Below, piece by piece: positions 21,245 through 30,790 of a DNA stretch of 64,000 nt. Made by a program: the position numbers and the translations under genes. A model generated the notes under the pieces. The model made no database searches and was not told where the DNA came from. It saw only the letters and a list, made by a program, of their open reading frames with translations. Within the stretch, counting starts at the first letter, position 1, and each line of letters starts with the position of its first letter. Source of the DNA: an uncultured Chloroflexia bacterium (lineage in GTDB: Bacteria > Chloroflexota > Limnocylindria > Limnocylindrales > CSP1-4); NCBI GenBank assembly GCA_963763775.1, contig CAVXPZ010000004.1, forward strand, positions 288,001-352,000. Reading direction: 5' to 3'.

Positions 21245-22086
21245 GCCTGTACCGCATCGACGACCCGCCGAGGCTGATCGCCCCGACGCTGCTCGCAGCG
21301 TTCGACGGCTGGGTGGATGCGGGCTCGGCGGCCACCACCGCGCTCGAGCAGCTGACCGATGAAGCGCCGGTGGTCGCCACCTTCGACGCCGACCGACTCT
21401 TCGACTACCGCGCTCGCCGCCCGCCCCTCGAGATCGTCGACGGGCGGCTGACCGAGCTCACGTGGCCCGAGCTCGTCCTCCGGCATATCCGCATCGAGGA
21501 GCGAGATCTGCTGGTGCTCGCCGGTCCGGAGCCCGACTATCGGTGGCGCGAGCTCGTGCGATCGGCGACCGAACTCGCCCAGCGCCTCGGCGTCGCGGAG
21601 TGGATCAGCCTGGGAGCGATCCCGGCAGCCGTGCCGCACACGCGCTCGGTGCCGATCCTGGGCACGGAGTCGGCGCCCGGCCTGCTGCGCGCCGACGTCC
21701 CGGCGGGCCCGGCCGGCGTGTTGCGCGTGCCGTCGGCGCTGGTCTCCGCGCTGGAATTCGAGGCGTCCGAGGCCGGCATCCCGTCGATGGGCTACTTCGC
21801 CCAGGTCCCCCACTACGTGTCCGGCCCCTATCCGGCCGCTTCCGTGGCGCTCCTCGAGACGCTCGGGCAGCACCTGGGGATCCGGATGCCGACGGGCGAG
21901 CTCGCCGAGGAGGCGCAGCAACTCCGCACGCGCCTCGATGCCGCCGCCGCGATCGAGGAGACGACCCGGACGTACGTGGAGCGCCTCGAGGCGATGGTCG
22001 ACGAGCAGCGACTGCCCGCCGGCGACGACCTCATCGCCGACATCGAGCGGTTCCTTCGCGAGGGCGGCGAGAGCGCCTCGCGCTGA
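21241..22086 (+). CDS. PAC2 family (proteasome assembly chaperone-like) protein
   Basis: AFDGWVDAG, FDYRARRP, GPEPDYRW, VPHTR, QVPHY; GTGA overlap with the methyltransferase stop. Confidence 0.9.
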   Translation: MSLYRIDDPPRLIAPTLLAAFDGWVDAGSAATTALEQLTDEAPVVATFDADRLFDYRARRPPLEIVDGRLTELTWPELVLRHIRIEERDLLVLAGPEPDYRWRELVRSATELAQRLGVAEWISLGAIPAAVPHTRSVPILGTESAPGLLRADVPAGPAGVLRVPSALVSALEFEASEAGIPSMGYFAQVPHYVSGPYPAASVALLETLGQHLGIRMPTGELAEEAQQLRTRLDAAAAIEETTRTYVERLEAMVDEQRLPAGDDLIADIERFLREGGESASR

Positions 22087-22149
22087 CGGGTCCGCCTCCG
22101 GGCACGCAGGCCTGACCCTGGCATCGTGGCGCCAACTGGACATGCCAGA

Positions 22150-22172
22150 TACATGCCATCGAGCGTCATGAA
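22150..22172. promoter_or_regulatory. Putative WYL-regulator operator (copy 1)
   Basis: TACATGCCA-N5-CGTCATGAA imperfect palindrome just upstream of the WYL gene's -10 (TATCCT 22179). Confidence 0.55.
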
Positions 22173-22190
22173 GCGCGGTATCCTGCCGGG

Positions 22191-23401
22191 ATGCGTGCGA
22201 GTCGCCTCGTCAACCTGCTGCTGCTGCTCCAGACGCGTGGTGGGCTGACCGCCGCCGAACTGGCCCGCGAGCTCGAGGTCTCGGTCCGCACGATCCATCG
22301 CGACGTCGAGGCGTTGAGCGCCGCCGGTGTCCCGATCTACGCGGACCGTGGACCGCATGGCGGGATCCGCCTCGTCGACGGCTACCGGACCCGACTCACC
22401 GGCATGACCGCCGAAGAGGCCGAGGCCCTGTTCCTGTCCGGCCTGCCCGGCCCCGCGGCGGAACTCGGGCTCGGGACGGTCGTGACCGCGGCCCGGCTCA
22501 AGGTCCTGGCGGCGCTGCCGACGGAGCTGCGATCGCGGGCGTCCAGGCTCGTCGAGCGGTTCCACCTCGACGCCGCCGGCTGGTTCCAGGCGAGCGAGCC
22601 GGTCCCCCACCTCGCCGTGCTCGCCCAGTCCGTCTGGGACGCGAAGCTCGCGCGGATCGAGTACGAGCGCGGCGGCGGGGCGGTCGTGCGCGTCGTGGCG
22701 CCGCTCGGCCTCGTGCTCAAGGGCGGCGTCTGGTACCTCGTCGCGATCACCGACGAGCAGATCCGGACGTACCGGGTGTCGCGCGTGGTCGGAGCGGTCG
22801 TCCTCGACGAGAAGGCGCCCGGCCATCGGACTTCGATCTCGCCGCCTACTGGACGGCGTCGAGTGCCGCGTTCGAGCGCGACATCCCACGCGTCACCGTC
22901 GAGGTCCGCCTCCCCCAGGCGCGCCTGGAACGACTGGCCGACGTCGTGGGGCTCTCGACCGTCCAGGCGGCGGAGCGGCTTGACGACCCCGACCCCGACT
23001 GGGTCCGGCTCCGCTTCCAGGTGAACTGGCCGGATGAGGTCCCCGGCCACATGCTCGCGATGGGGTCGAGCCTCGAGGTGCTCGCCCCCGCCGAGATCCG
23101 GGAGCGGGTCATCGCGACCGCGCGCCGGATCATCGAACGCTACGAGCGCGACGAACCCGAGATCGGGCGCGACGGTCCACAGGCGGACGGCGGCCTGCCC
23201 GGACCCGACGAGGCGACGGACGCGGTGGGCAGAGCAGGTCCGGCGGAGCGTGCCGCGAGGGCGGAGACCGAGGCGAGGCGGCGGGCGCCGTGTGATCCAC
23301 GTGGGCCCGCCGCGCGGCGTCCCGGGCCTCGCGCCGCGCGAGGTGCAGCCATCGCAGATGGTGCGTGGCCTTCATGTCCCGGTCCCTGTCGGACTGACTG
23401 A
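22191..23401 (+). CDS. HTH-WYL-WCX transcriptional regulator (YafY/PafBC-like), frameshift near 22825; 3' end uncertain
   Basis: MRASRLVNLLLLLQ...EVSVRTIHRD, PLGLVLKGGVWYLVA, YRVSR; WCX segment EVLAPAEIRERV in the next frame. Confidence 0.9.
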
Positions 23402-23426
23402 GTCGGGCGAGTTCCAGCAGGTGCAT
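23130..23426 (-). CDS. Putative small protein
   Basis: GAGGAG RBS, ATG at 23426 (MHLLELARLSQSDRDRDMKATHHLRW...). Overlaps the low-complexity tail of the WYL ORF. Confidence 0.4.
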   Translation of the reverse strand: MHLLELARLSQSDRDRDMKATHHLRWLHLARREARDAARRAHVDHTAPAASPRSPPSRHAPPDLLCPPRPSPRRVRAGRRPPVDRRARSRVRRARSVR

Positions 23427-23492
23427 GGCGGCAGCTCCTCGGCTGGCGGCGATCGTTCGTGGTCGCTTCGTTCCTGTGGAGTGTCCCGCACG

Positions 23493-23515
23493 TACCTGCC
23501 AGGTCTTGTCATGTA
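23493..23515. promoter_or_regulatory. Putative WYL-regulator operator (copy 2)
   Basis: TACCTGCCA-N5-TGTCATGTA, same 9-5-9 geometry as 22150-22172. Confidence 0.55.
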
Positions 23516-23564
23516 CGTCCGCGGCGCCGCGCACGTCGGTCGGTCGTCTCGGAAACCGGCCCGC

Positions 23565-23930
23565 ATGCGTGCGGTGACTCCTGGGACCCGCCGCGGGACC
23601 CGCCAGGGCCGCAGACCATCCCGATCGCCTTCCCGTAGGCATCCGGTGACTGCGCGACGCGTGATCACGCGCCGAGACCCGCTGGACCGGGAGTAGCAGT
23701 CAGGTCATGACTGGCGGCCGGCGATCGCGGCCGCTAGGGCACTGTCGGCCCGGGGATCGCGCTGCGGTTCTTCGCATCCATTCACCAAGCGATGCCTGGT
23801 GGGCTCGCTGCCCCTCCACGCCGCGAATCCAGGCCGATCACGTCGCCCTAGTCATGGCCGTGGTCGCCCACGAAGCGAGCCGTGTCCAACGAGCCCCGTT
23901 CAGCTGCAGAGGCCCCGTTCCATGACTAGG
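23565..23930. repeat. Array A of degenerate 15-bp palindromes (AGTCAYS-N-SRTGACT)
   Basis: Units start at 23565, 23637, 23698, 23780, 23850 and 23913. Confidence 0.6.
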
Positions 23931-24222
23931 TGAGAAGCGAACAGTTCAAGCTTCGGCGCCACGGCACTCCCCAGGCGCTGCCTCAGAGGCCCGACACGGA
24001 ACGACCGCCAGGTCCCGAAGGGCCTGACGGTCGAATGAGATCTGACGGACCACCGCACTGGCAGTATTGCCGGCTCCGCCGCCGCCCGGCATCCCGCCGG
24101 AGGGTCGACGCGCCGCCGGTCGAAGGTCTCGTTGTCCGGCGGTCCGTTCGTGATGACCACACCGTACGACCCGGTCAGCGATGCGATACCTGCCATCCGT
24201 CCTCTTTCGGCATGGACGAATG

Positions 24223-25827
24223 TCATCCCACCGACGTCAGCGCGGGGCCCGAGGCGGCGACCGGGCCTGAGGCGGCGACCGGGCCTGACTCGCCATGGCC
24301 CGAGGCGGTCTCCACGCCCGATGCCTCGAGCGCCCGGTCCGGCAGCCAGATCAGGGCCACCAGGGCACCCGCGACCGCGAACCCGATGCCGATGAGCGAG
24401 GTCGTCGACATCGCGTCGACGAACGCCGCGCGTGCCGACTCCAACAGCGCCAAGCCGGCCTCGCCGCCGATCGTCCCGGCGACCGCGGCCGCGCCCATGA
24501 GGGAGTCGCGGGCCGCTGCCGCGGCATCGGGCGGCAGCGCAGCCGTCGACGCGGCCATGGCCGAGGCGTACATCGCCGCGAAGAGGCTGCCCAGGATCGC
24601 GACGCCGAACGCGCCACCGATCTCGCGGACGGTGTCGTTCACCGCCGACCCCACGCCGAATTGCTCCTTGGGAAGGGCGCCCATGATCGCGTCGGTGGCC
24701 GGCGTCATCGCGAGGGCGATGCCCGCGGCGAGGACGAACAGCACCAGCCCGACGTGAAGGTCTGACGACGCCACGCCCACCGTGGCCAGGAGGCCCATCC
24801 CCGCGGCGACGACCAGCAGGCCCGTGGCGGTCGTGATCCGCGCTCCGAGGGACGTCGTGGCCTTCGCGGCGATCGGCGAGACGGCGATCACGCCGATGGC
24901 GATCGGGATGAACCGGAGACCCGTGTCGAACGCCGACAGCCCGAGCACGCCCTGGAGGTACTGCGTCAGGAAGAACAGCGCCCCCATCAGCGAGAAGAAG
25001 ACCAGCGTGACGCTCAGGCTGGCGGCCGTGAAGCGCGGGTTCTCGAACAGGTGGACGTCGAGCATCGGGAATTCCACGCGACGCTCCCACGCGAAGAACA
25101 GGCTGAGCAGGACCGCCGCGGCCGCGAGCGAGCCGATGATCACGGGGTCGGTCCAGCCCCGCGATGGGATCTCGATGATCCCGTAGACGAGCGTCACGAG
25201 GCCGCCGACCGAGAGGATCGCGCCGACCGGGTCGAGCGGCACGCGGCCGGGAGCACGGGACTCGGGGATGATCGCCAGAGCCGCGACGATGCCGACGATG
25301 ACGAACGGGATGTTGACGAGGAAGACGGACCCCCAGGCGAAGTGCTCGAGCAGCCAGCCTCCGAGGACCGGGCCGACCACGATGCCGAGGCCGCTCACCG
25401 ACGACCAGACGGCGATCGCCTTCGGGCGCTCGTCGGACTCGAAGACGTCGCCGATGATCGACAGCGTCGAGGGCATCGTGAACGCGGCTCCGAGACCCAT
25501 GAAGGCCCGCAGCAGGATCAGCTGGTCGGCTGTCTGGACGAACGGAGCGAACGCGGACCCGATGCCGAACAGCGCCAGACCGACCACCAGCGCCCGCCGG
25601 CGGCCGTATCGATCCGACAGGGCGCCCGCGACGAGCAGCATGCCGGCGAAGACCAGGACGTACGCGTCGACCATCCACTGGAGCTGGCTGGACGTGGCGG
25701 ACAGGTCGCGGGCGAGCGTCGGCAGCGCGACGTTGAGGATCGTGTTGTCAAGGCTCACGCCGAACAGCGCGAGGATGAGGACGCCGAGGATCCACCATCG
25801 GCGTGCGTGGACCTGGGTGCGGGTCAT
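24223..25827 (-). CDS. DHA2 (EmrB/QacA) family MFS efflux permease
   Basis: LDNTILNVALP, GALSDRYGRRR, WGSVFLVNIP; 14-TM pattern. Confidence 0.93.
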   Translation of the reverse strand: MTRTQVHARRWWILGVLILALFGVSLDNTILNVALPTLARDLSATSSQLQWMVDAYVLVFAGMLLVAGALSDRYGRRRALVVGLALFGIGSAFAPFVQTADQLILLRAFMGLGAAFTMPSTLSIIGDVFESDERPKAIAVWSSVSGLGIVVGPVLGGWLLEHFAWGSVFLVNIPFVIVGIVAALAIIPESRAPGRVPLDPVGAILSVGGLVTLVYGIIEIPSRGWTDPVIIGSLAAAAVLLSLFFAWERRVEFPMLDVHLFENPRFTAASLSVTLVFFSLMGALFFLTQYLQGVLGLSAFDTGLRFIPIAIGVIAVSPIAAKATTSLGARITTATGLLVVAAGMGLLATVGVASSDLHVGLVLFVLAAGIALAMTPATDAIMGALPKEQFGVGSAVNDTVREIGGAFGVAILGSLFAAMYASAMAASTAALPPDAAAAARDSLMGAAAVAGTIGGEAGLALLESARAAFVDAMSTTSLIGIGFAVAGALVALIWLPDRALEASGVETASGHGESGPVAASGPVAASGPALTSVG

Positions 25828-25846
25828 GTCGTGCGGGCTCCTTGCT

Positions 25847-25937
25847 CGTACACTGTTCGAGTCGGGTCGACGGGGAACGTTACTAGTACACTGTGCGAGC
25901 GTCAAGTACACTGTACTGGACAGACGTACGTCGTACG
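25847..25937. promoter_or_regulatory. TetR operator repeats in the divergent promoter
   Basis: CGTACACTGTTCG (25847), AGTACACTGTGCG (25885), AGTACACTGTACT (25905), CGTACGTCGTACG (25925). Confidence 0.7.
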
Positions 25938-25975
25938 ACTGCGACGGATGACGTAGCTGGAGGCGACGGAACGCG

Positions 25976-26755
25976 ATGCCCACCGACCGACGCCGCGAGC
26001 GACTGGGCGACCTGCCCTGGGCGTCCCCGGCGGCGACCGACGGCCGGGCGCCCCTGACCCGCGAGGAGATCGTCGTCGCCGGTATCGCCTTGCTCGATCG
26101 GGAGGGGCCCGATGCCCTCTCGATGCGCCGCCTCGGCAAGGAGCTCGATGCGGGCGCGACGTCGCTCTACTGGCATGTCAAGGACAAGGACCAGTTGCTC
26201 GACCTGATCGTCGATGCCGTCATCGGCGAGGTGATGGGCGAGGTGACGCCGGATCCCGCCAGCCCGTGGCGGGATCGACTTCGTGACCTCGCGCGCGCGG
26301 TGCGTCAGGTCCTGATCCGCCACCGCAACGTCGCGCCCCTCCTCGGCGAACGGCCGACGATCGGCCCGGCCGCGCTCGATGCGGCCGAGTACACCATGGC
26401 GATCCTGCGCGACGCCGGGTTCGACGACCGCGCCACCTCCATGGCCTCTGGCGCGCTGATCAACTATGCGGCGGGTTTCGCCCTGTTCGAGTCGAAGAAC
26501 CCGGGTGGCGCGGACTCGCCGGAGGCACGCGCCCAGGCCGAGGCGATCATGGCCTACTTCCGCGGTCTCCCACCCGATCGCTACCCGACGCTGCTGGCGA
26601 TCGCGGACCAGTCCATCACCGAGGACGAGCAGTTCGACTACGGCCTGGACCGGCTCCTGGACGGCCTCGAGGCCGACCTCAAGAGCGGCCCCGCGAACCC
26701 GGCGCGGAGAGATCCCGCCGAGGACCGCGGCCCGAATACGATCCTGACGCACTGA
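25976..26755 (+). CDS. TetR family regulator (TetR_C domain)
   Basis: LTREEIV...LSMRRLGKEL..GATSLYWHVKDKDQL; FDYGLDRLLDGL. Confidence 0.93.
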   Translation: MPTDRRRERLGDLPWASPAATDGRAPLTREEIVVAGIALLDREGPDALSMRRLGKELDAGATSLYWHVKDKDQLLDLIVDAVIGEVMGEVTPDPASPWRDRLRDLARAVRQVLIRHRNVAPLLGERPTIGPAALDAAEYTMAILRDAGFDDRATSMASGALINYAAGFALFESKNPGGADSPEARAQAEAIMAYFRGLPPDRYPTLLAIADQSITEDEQFDYGLDRLLDGLEADLKSGPANPARRDPAEDRGPNTILTH

Positions 26756-26890
26756 TCCGCCGGCGCCCGACCAGCCTGCCGGCCGCAACGCCGACGTGAT
26801 GCGAACCGGTCGGGACGAAAGGACACCGGAGCACCGAATTCGTAGGATGGACGTCCGGGAGGCCACCGTCCCGACCCACGAGGTCCCGCC

Positions 26891-27766
26891 ATGTCGTTCG
26901 ATCCCGGCGCGCAGCTCGATCCATCACAGGTCACCGACCGGCGCGGCATGGGCCGGAACGGCGGGATCGCCATCGGCGGAGGCGGGATCGGCCTGATCCT
27001 GATCCTGGCGTACACGCTGCTCGGCGGGAACCCGAACGACATCTCGGGCCTGCTCGAACCGGGCGCGGTGACCGGCGCGGGGCCGGCGAGCTCAGCCCTC
27101 GCGACGGACTGCAAGACCGGGCAGGACGCGAACACTCGCGACGACTGCCGGATCCTGGGCTATGTCAACAGCATCCAGGCCTACTGGTCGACTGAGTTCG
27201 GTCAGTCGTCGAGCGGCCGTTACCAGCCGGCGAACACCGTGCTCTTCAGCGGCGCCATGGACAGCGGCTGCGGCACGGCCAGCGCGGCCACGGGCCCGTT
27301 CTACTGTCCGCCGGACCAGCTCGTCTACCTCGACCTCGGGTTCTTCGACGAGCTGCGGTCGCGGTTCGGCGCCACCGGCGGGTCGTTCGCGCAGGGCTAC
27401 GTCGTCGCGCACGAGTACGGCCACCACGTCCAGGACCTCCTCGGCATCCTCGGCAGCCGTGCCGCGACCGGGACCGGAGCCACCGGCGGCTCCGTCCGCA
27501 CGGAGCTCCAGGCCGACTGCCTCGCGGGCGTCTGGGCCAACCACGCGGAGGCCGGCATCCTCGCCCCGCTCACGGACGCCGAGATCGCCGACGGCCTCGA
27601 TGCCGCGGCCGCCGTCGGCGACGACCGGATCCAGGAGGCCGTGAACGGCCAGGTCGACCCCGAAGGGTGGACCCACGGGTCCGCGGCCCAGCGTCAGAAG
27701 TGGTTCACGATCGGCTACGACGGCGGCACCGCCGGGGACTGCGACACGTTCAGCGGCGGTCTGTAG
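26891..27766 (+). CDS. Neutral zinc metallopeptidase (YpfJ-like)
   Basis: GPFYCPPD, YVVAHEYGHHVQ, ELQADC, THGSAAQR. Confidence 0.93.
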   Translation: MSFDPGAQLDPSQVTDRRGMGRNGGIAIGGGGIGLILILAYTLLGGNPNDISGLLEPGAVTGAGPASSALATDCKTGQDANTRDDCRILGYVNSIQAYWSTEFGQSSSGRYQPANTVLFSGAMDSGCGTASAATGPFYCPPDQLVYLDLGFFDELRSRFGATGGSFAQGYVVAHEYGHHVQDLLGILGSRAATGTGATGGSVRTELQADCLAGVWANHAEAGILAPLTDAEIADGLDAAAAVGDDRIQEAVNGQVDPEGWTHGSAAQRQKWFTIGYDGGTAGDCDTFSGGL

Positions 27767-27832
27767 GCGCGCACCCGGCAGAACGCCCGGCACCCGCCCC
27801 ATCCCAGCACCGGTGGGCCGGCCGACCCTGTC

Positions 27833-28453
27833 CTATCCGACCGGGAGCAGGTCGGCGAGCCGCCGGTCCGCGCTCGCGATCGCCTCGGCCGGATCGCCGC
27901 CACGACGGGGGACGGCGATCTCGATGCGGATGTCGCCCGTGGCGAGGGCATCGTCGGCGTGCCGGTACGCCCGTTCGATCCGGGAGGCCAAGTGCGCGGC
28001 TTCGTCCTCGTTCGTCTCGGGCAGCATGACCAGGAAGCGCTCGGGCGCCGAGCGCACGGCCCGGTCGGTCTCTCGAGCCTCGCGGCCGAGGACCTCGGCG
28101 AACCGGACGGCCAGCCCGTCCGAGCCGGCCGTGGTGGCATCGACCGTGAGGTCCACCACGAGGATCGCCAGCGCTCGCCCATAGCGAGCCTGTCGGGCGC
28201 CTTCGTGCCGGAGCGCCTGCGCCCATTCGGCGCTGCTGTCGAGGGCCATCGACGGCCGTCGGTGGTAGCGATGGGACCGGGTCCGTCGACGGCGGACCTG
28301 CGGACCGTCGAGGAATGCCTCGATCCGGTCGGCGGCCTCCTCCTCGTGGTGATGCTCGGGGAGGGTGAACTTCGGCGAGCGGCGGACTCTCGGCGCGGCG
28401 GCGGGCCGGACGGCGGGCGCCGGCGTGGGGGTCTCGTCGTGCGCCTCGGTCAT
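27833..28453 (-). CDS. Degenerate GGDEF-domain protein
   Basis: RYGRALAILVVDL...RETDRAVRSAPERFLVMLPET...ADRRL; GGDEF is replaced by APERF. Confidence 0.7.
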   Translation of the reverse strand: MTEAHDETPTPAPAVRPAAAPRVRRSPKFTLPEHHHEEEAADRIEAFLDGPQVRRRRTRSHRYHRRPSMALDSSAEWAQALRHEGARQARYGRALAILVVDLTVDATTAGSDGLAVRFAEVLGREARETDRAVRSAPERFLVMLPETNEDEAAHLASRIERAYRHADDALATGDIRIEIAVPRRGGDPAEAIASADRRLADLLPVG

Positions 28454-28544
28454 CGGGTCAAGGATACCGGCGCTCGCCCTTGACCGCCCCGGCGCCCGGA
28501 CAGGCGGGCTCCCGTGGCTCCACGCGGACGACCGACCTCCAGGA

Positions 28545-29465
28545 TCAGCCGAACGAGGACGCCCGTGCGGCTCCGGCAGCGACGCGCGCCTCGAACCGCT
28601 TCGCGGCCTCGTCGAGGCTGGCCAGGTGCTCGGCGAGGCGTTCGCGTGCGGCCTCGGCCGCCGCATCGAGGCCGGTCAGCTCGAAGATGCCCCAGTGCTT
28701 GATGATCGGCAGCAGGACCTCGTCGCGGTGGATCCGCAGGTCGTAGATGCCGGCCTTCGCGATCTGGGCGGCCTTGCGCATGAAGCCGGGGATCCCGGCG
28801 CCCGGCATCTCGAAGGCGAGCACCTCGTCGACGATCGCGCGGACCGCGGCCGACGGATAGAGCTTGAGCGCCGCCCCGAGGATGTCGCGGTAGAACACCA
28901 TGTGCAGGTTCTCGTCGGCGGCGATCCGGACCATGATCCGGTCCGCGACCGGGTCGTCGGAGTAGCGGCCGGTGTTCCGGTGCGAGATCCGCGTGGCCAG
29001 CTCCTGGAACGCGACGTAGGCGAGGCCGCGCAGCGGGTCGGGCGACTTCCGGTCGTAGCCCTGCTGGAGCTGGGTCATGCGGCCGCGCTCGAGCAGGATG
29101 GGATCGATGTTGCGGGTGACGGTCAGGTAGTCGCGCAGCACGATCGCGTGCCGGCCCTCCTCCGCCGTCCAGCGGCCGATCCAGTTGATCCACGCCCCAT
29201 CGCCGCTGCCGAACATCCCGTGGATCAGCCGGTGGTACGAGGGCAGGTTGTCCTCGGTGAGGAGATTGACCTCGAACGCCGTCTGCGCGACGCCCGTCAG
29301 GCGTGGCTGCTCGGGTGTCCACGGGTCCTTGTCGAAGTCGCGCCCCAGGCGGTACGGGATGTAATCGTGGGGGAACCACTCCTGGGCCACCGCCGCGTGT
29401 CGGTCGTAGAGCCGGCCCGCCTCGGGTTCGAGCTCGATCAGGAGGGCGCGCTCGTCATAGGTCAT
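28545..29465 (-). CDS. Acyl-ACP desaturase (actinobacterial DesA1-like)
   Basis: LLTEDNLPSYH, WTAEEGRH, FQELATRISH, ADENLH di-iron motifs. Confidence 0.93.
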   Translation of the reverse strand: MTYDERALLIELEPEAGRLYDRHAAVAQEWFPHDYIPYRLGRDFDKDPWTPEQPRLTGVAQTAFEVNLLTEDNLPSYHRLIHGMFGSGDGAWINWIGRWTAEEGRHAIVLRDYLTVTRNIDPILLERGRMTQLQQGYDRKSPDPLRGLAYVAFQELATRISHRNTGRYSDDPVADRIMVRIAADENLHMVFYRDILGAALKLYPSAAVRAIVDEVLAFEMPGAGIPGFMRKAAQIAKAGIYDLRIHRDEVLLPIIKHWGIFELTGLDAAAEAARERLAEHLASLDEAAKRFEARVAAGAARASSFG

Positions 29466-29556
29466 GCCGGTAGGCTAGCCGTCGACCGCGTTCGCGTCTC
29501 GTGAGACCGGTGCGGACCTGCACGGGCCCTCGGCGGTCTCGGGTAGGCTCTGCGCG

Positions 29557-30342
29557 ATGCGGACCGTGAAGGCGACCCGATACGTGACGGCCCTGCGCGA
29601 GGGCGGCTCGCTGCCGGGGCTCGTCGAGGCGGACGACGACGGCCTCTACGTCGTCAAGTTCCACGGTGCCGGCCAGGGTCCGCGCGCCCTCGTCGCCGAG
29701 TGGCTCGGCGGCGAGATCGCCCGGGCGCTCGGTCTCGCCGTGCCCGACCTCGTCGCGGTCGATCTCGACCCGGCGCTCGGCGACGCCGAACCGCACCAGG
29801 AGATCCAGGACCTCGTGCGCGCGAGCGGCGGCCTGAACCTGGGGCTCGACTTCCTGCCCGGGGCGCTGATGTTCAACCCGGCGTCGGCGACGTCCCTCGC
29901 GGCGATGGACCCGGAGACCGCCGCATCGATCGTGTGGCTGGACGGGCTCATCACGAACCCGGACCGGTCCGTCCAGAACCCGAACCTGCTCGTCTGGCAC
30001 GGTCGGACCTGGCTCATCGACCATGGTGCCGCCCTCTACATCCACCACACGTGGCGCGACCCCGAGGCACACGCCAGGCGGCCGTTCGACCGGCTCGCGG
30101 GCCACGTCCTGCTGCCGTTCGCTGGCTCGCTCGCCGATGCCGACGCTCGCCTCGCCGGACGCGTGGACGCCGCGCTCCTGCGCGACCTCGTCGACCAGAT
30201 CCCCGATGTCTGGCTGCCGTCGGATCCGCTCGGCGGCGACGCCGCGTCGCAGCGCCGACGATACGTCGACTACCTCGGCCGCCGGCTCGAGGCGCCGCGA
30301 CCGTTCGTCGAGGACGCCGAGCGTGCCCGTGCCGCCGCATGA
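29557..30342 (+). CDS. HipA-like kinase
   Basis: LREGGSLPG, YVVKF.GAGQG, NPDRS..NPNLL, LIDHG. Confidence 0.88.
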   Translation: MRTVKATRYVTALREGGSLPGLVEADDDGLYVVKFHGAGQGPRALVAEWLGGEIARALGLAVPDLVAVDLDPALGDAEPHQEIQDLVRASGGLNLGLDFLPGALMFNPASATSLAAMDPETAASIVWLDGLITNPDRSVQNPNLLVWHGRTWLIDHGAALYIHHTWRDPEAHARRPFDRLAGHVLLPFAGSLADADARLAGRVDAALLRDLVDQIPDVWLPSDPLGGDAASQRRRYVDYLGRRLEAPRPFVEDAERARAAA

Positions 30343-30373
30343 CCAGGACGCCGGGGTGAGCGGCGTGGGCCCG

Positions 30374-30769
30374 ATGAGCAGCGACCCGTCGGGGCGTGAT
30401 GTCTTCCAGTACGCGGTCGTCCGGGTGGTCCCGCGCGTGGAACGCGGTGAACAGCTCAACGTCGGTGTGATCCTGCTGTGCCGGGGCCGGCGCTATCTGG
30501 GGGCGAAGGTCGTCCTCGACGAGCGGCGGCTCAGCGCCCTCGCGCCGGAGCTCGATCTCGATGCGATCCGTCCGCATCTCGACGCGATCGAGCGGATCGC
30601 CGCCGGCGACCCGACGGCCGGGCCGATCGCCCGGCTGGACGCCGCCGAGCGGTTCCACTGGCTCGTCTCGCCCGCGAGCACGATCATCCAGCCATCGGAG
30701 GTCCACACGGGGCTGAGCGACGACCCGGCTCGCGAGCTGGACGACCTGGTCGAGAAACTGGTCCGGTAG
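30374..30769 (+). CDS. DUF3037 domain protein
   Basis: FQYAVVRVVPRVERGEQLNVG...RFHWL.SPASTIIQ.S.VHTG. Confidence 0.9.
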   Translation: MSSDPSGRDVFQYAVVRVVPRVERGEQLNVGVILLCRGRRYLGAKVVLDERRLSALAPELDLDAIRPHLDAIERIAAGDPTAGPIARLDAAERFHWLVSPASTIIQPSEVHTGLSDDPARELDDLVEKLVR

Positions 30770-30790
30770 GGAGGGAGCCCCGGCGCGCGA

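Noticed and set aside
21241-23401. Pup-proteasome locus (PAC2 next to a PafBC-like WYL gene)
   Set aside because: No pup, pafA/dop, prcAB or arc in the window, and the WYL protein looks like the stand-alone YafY type.
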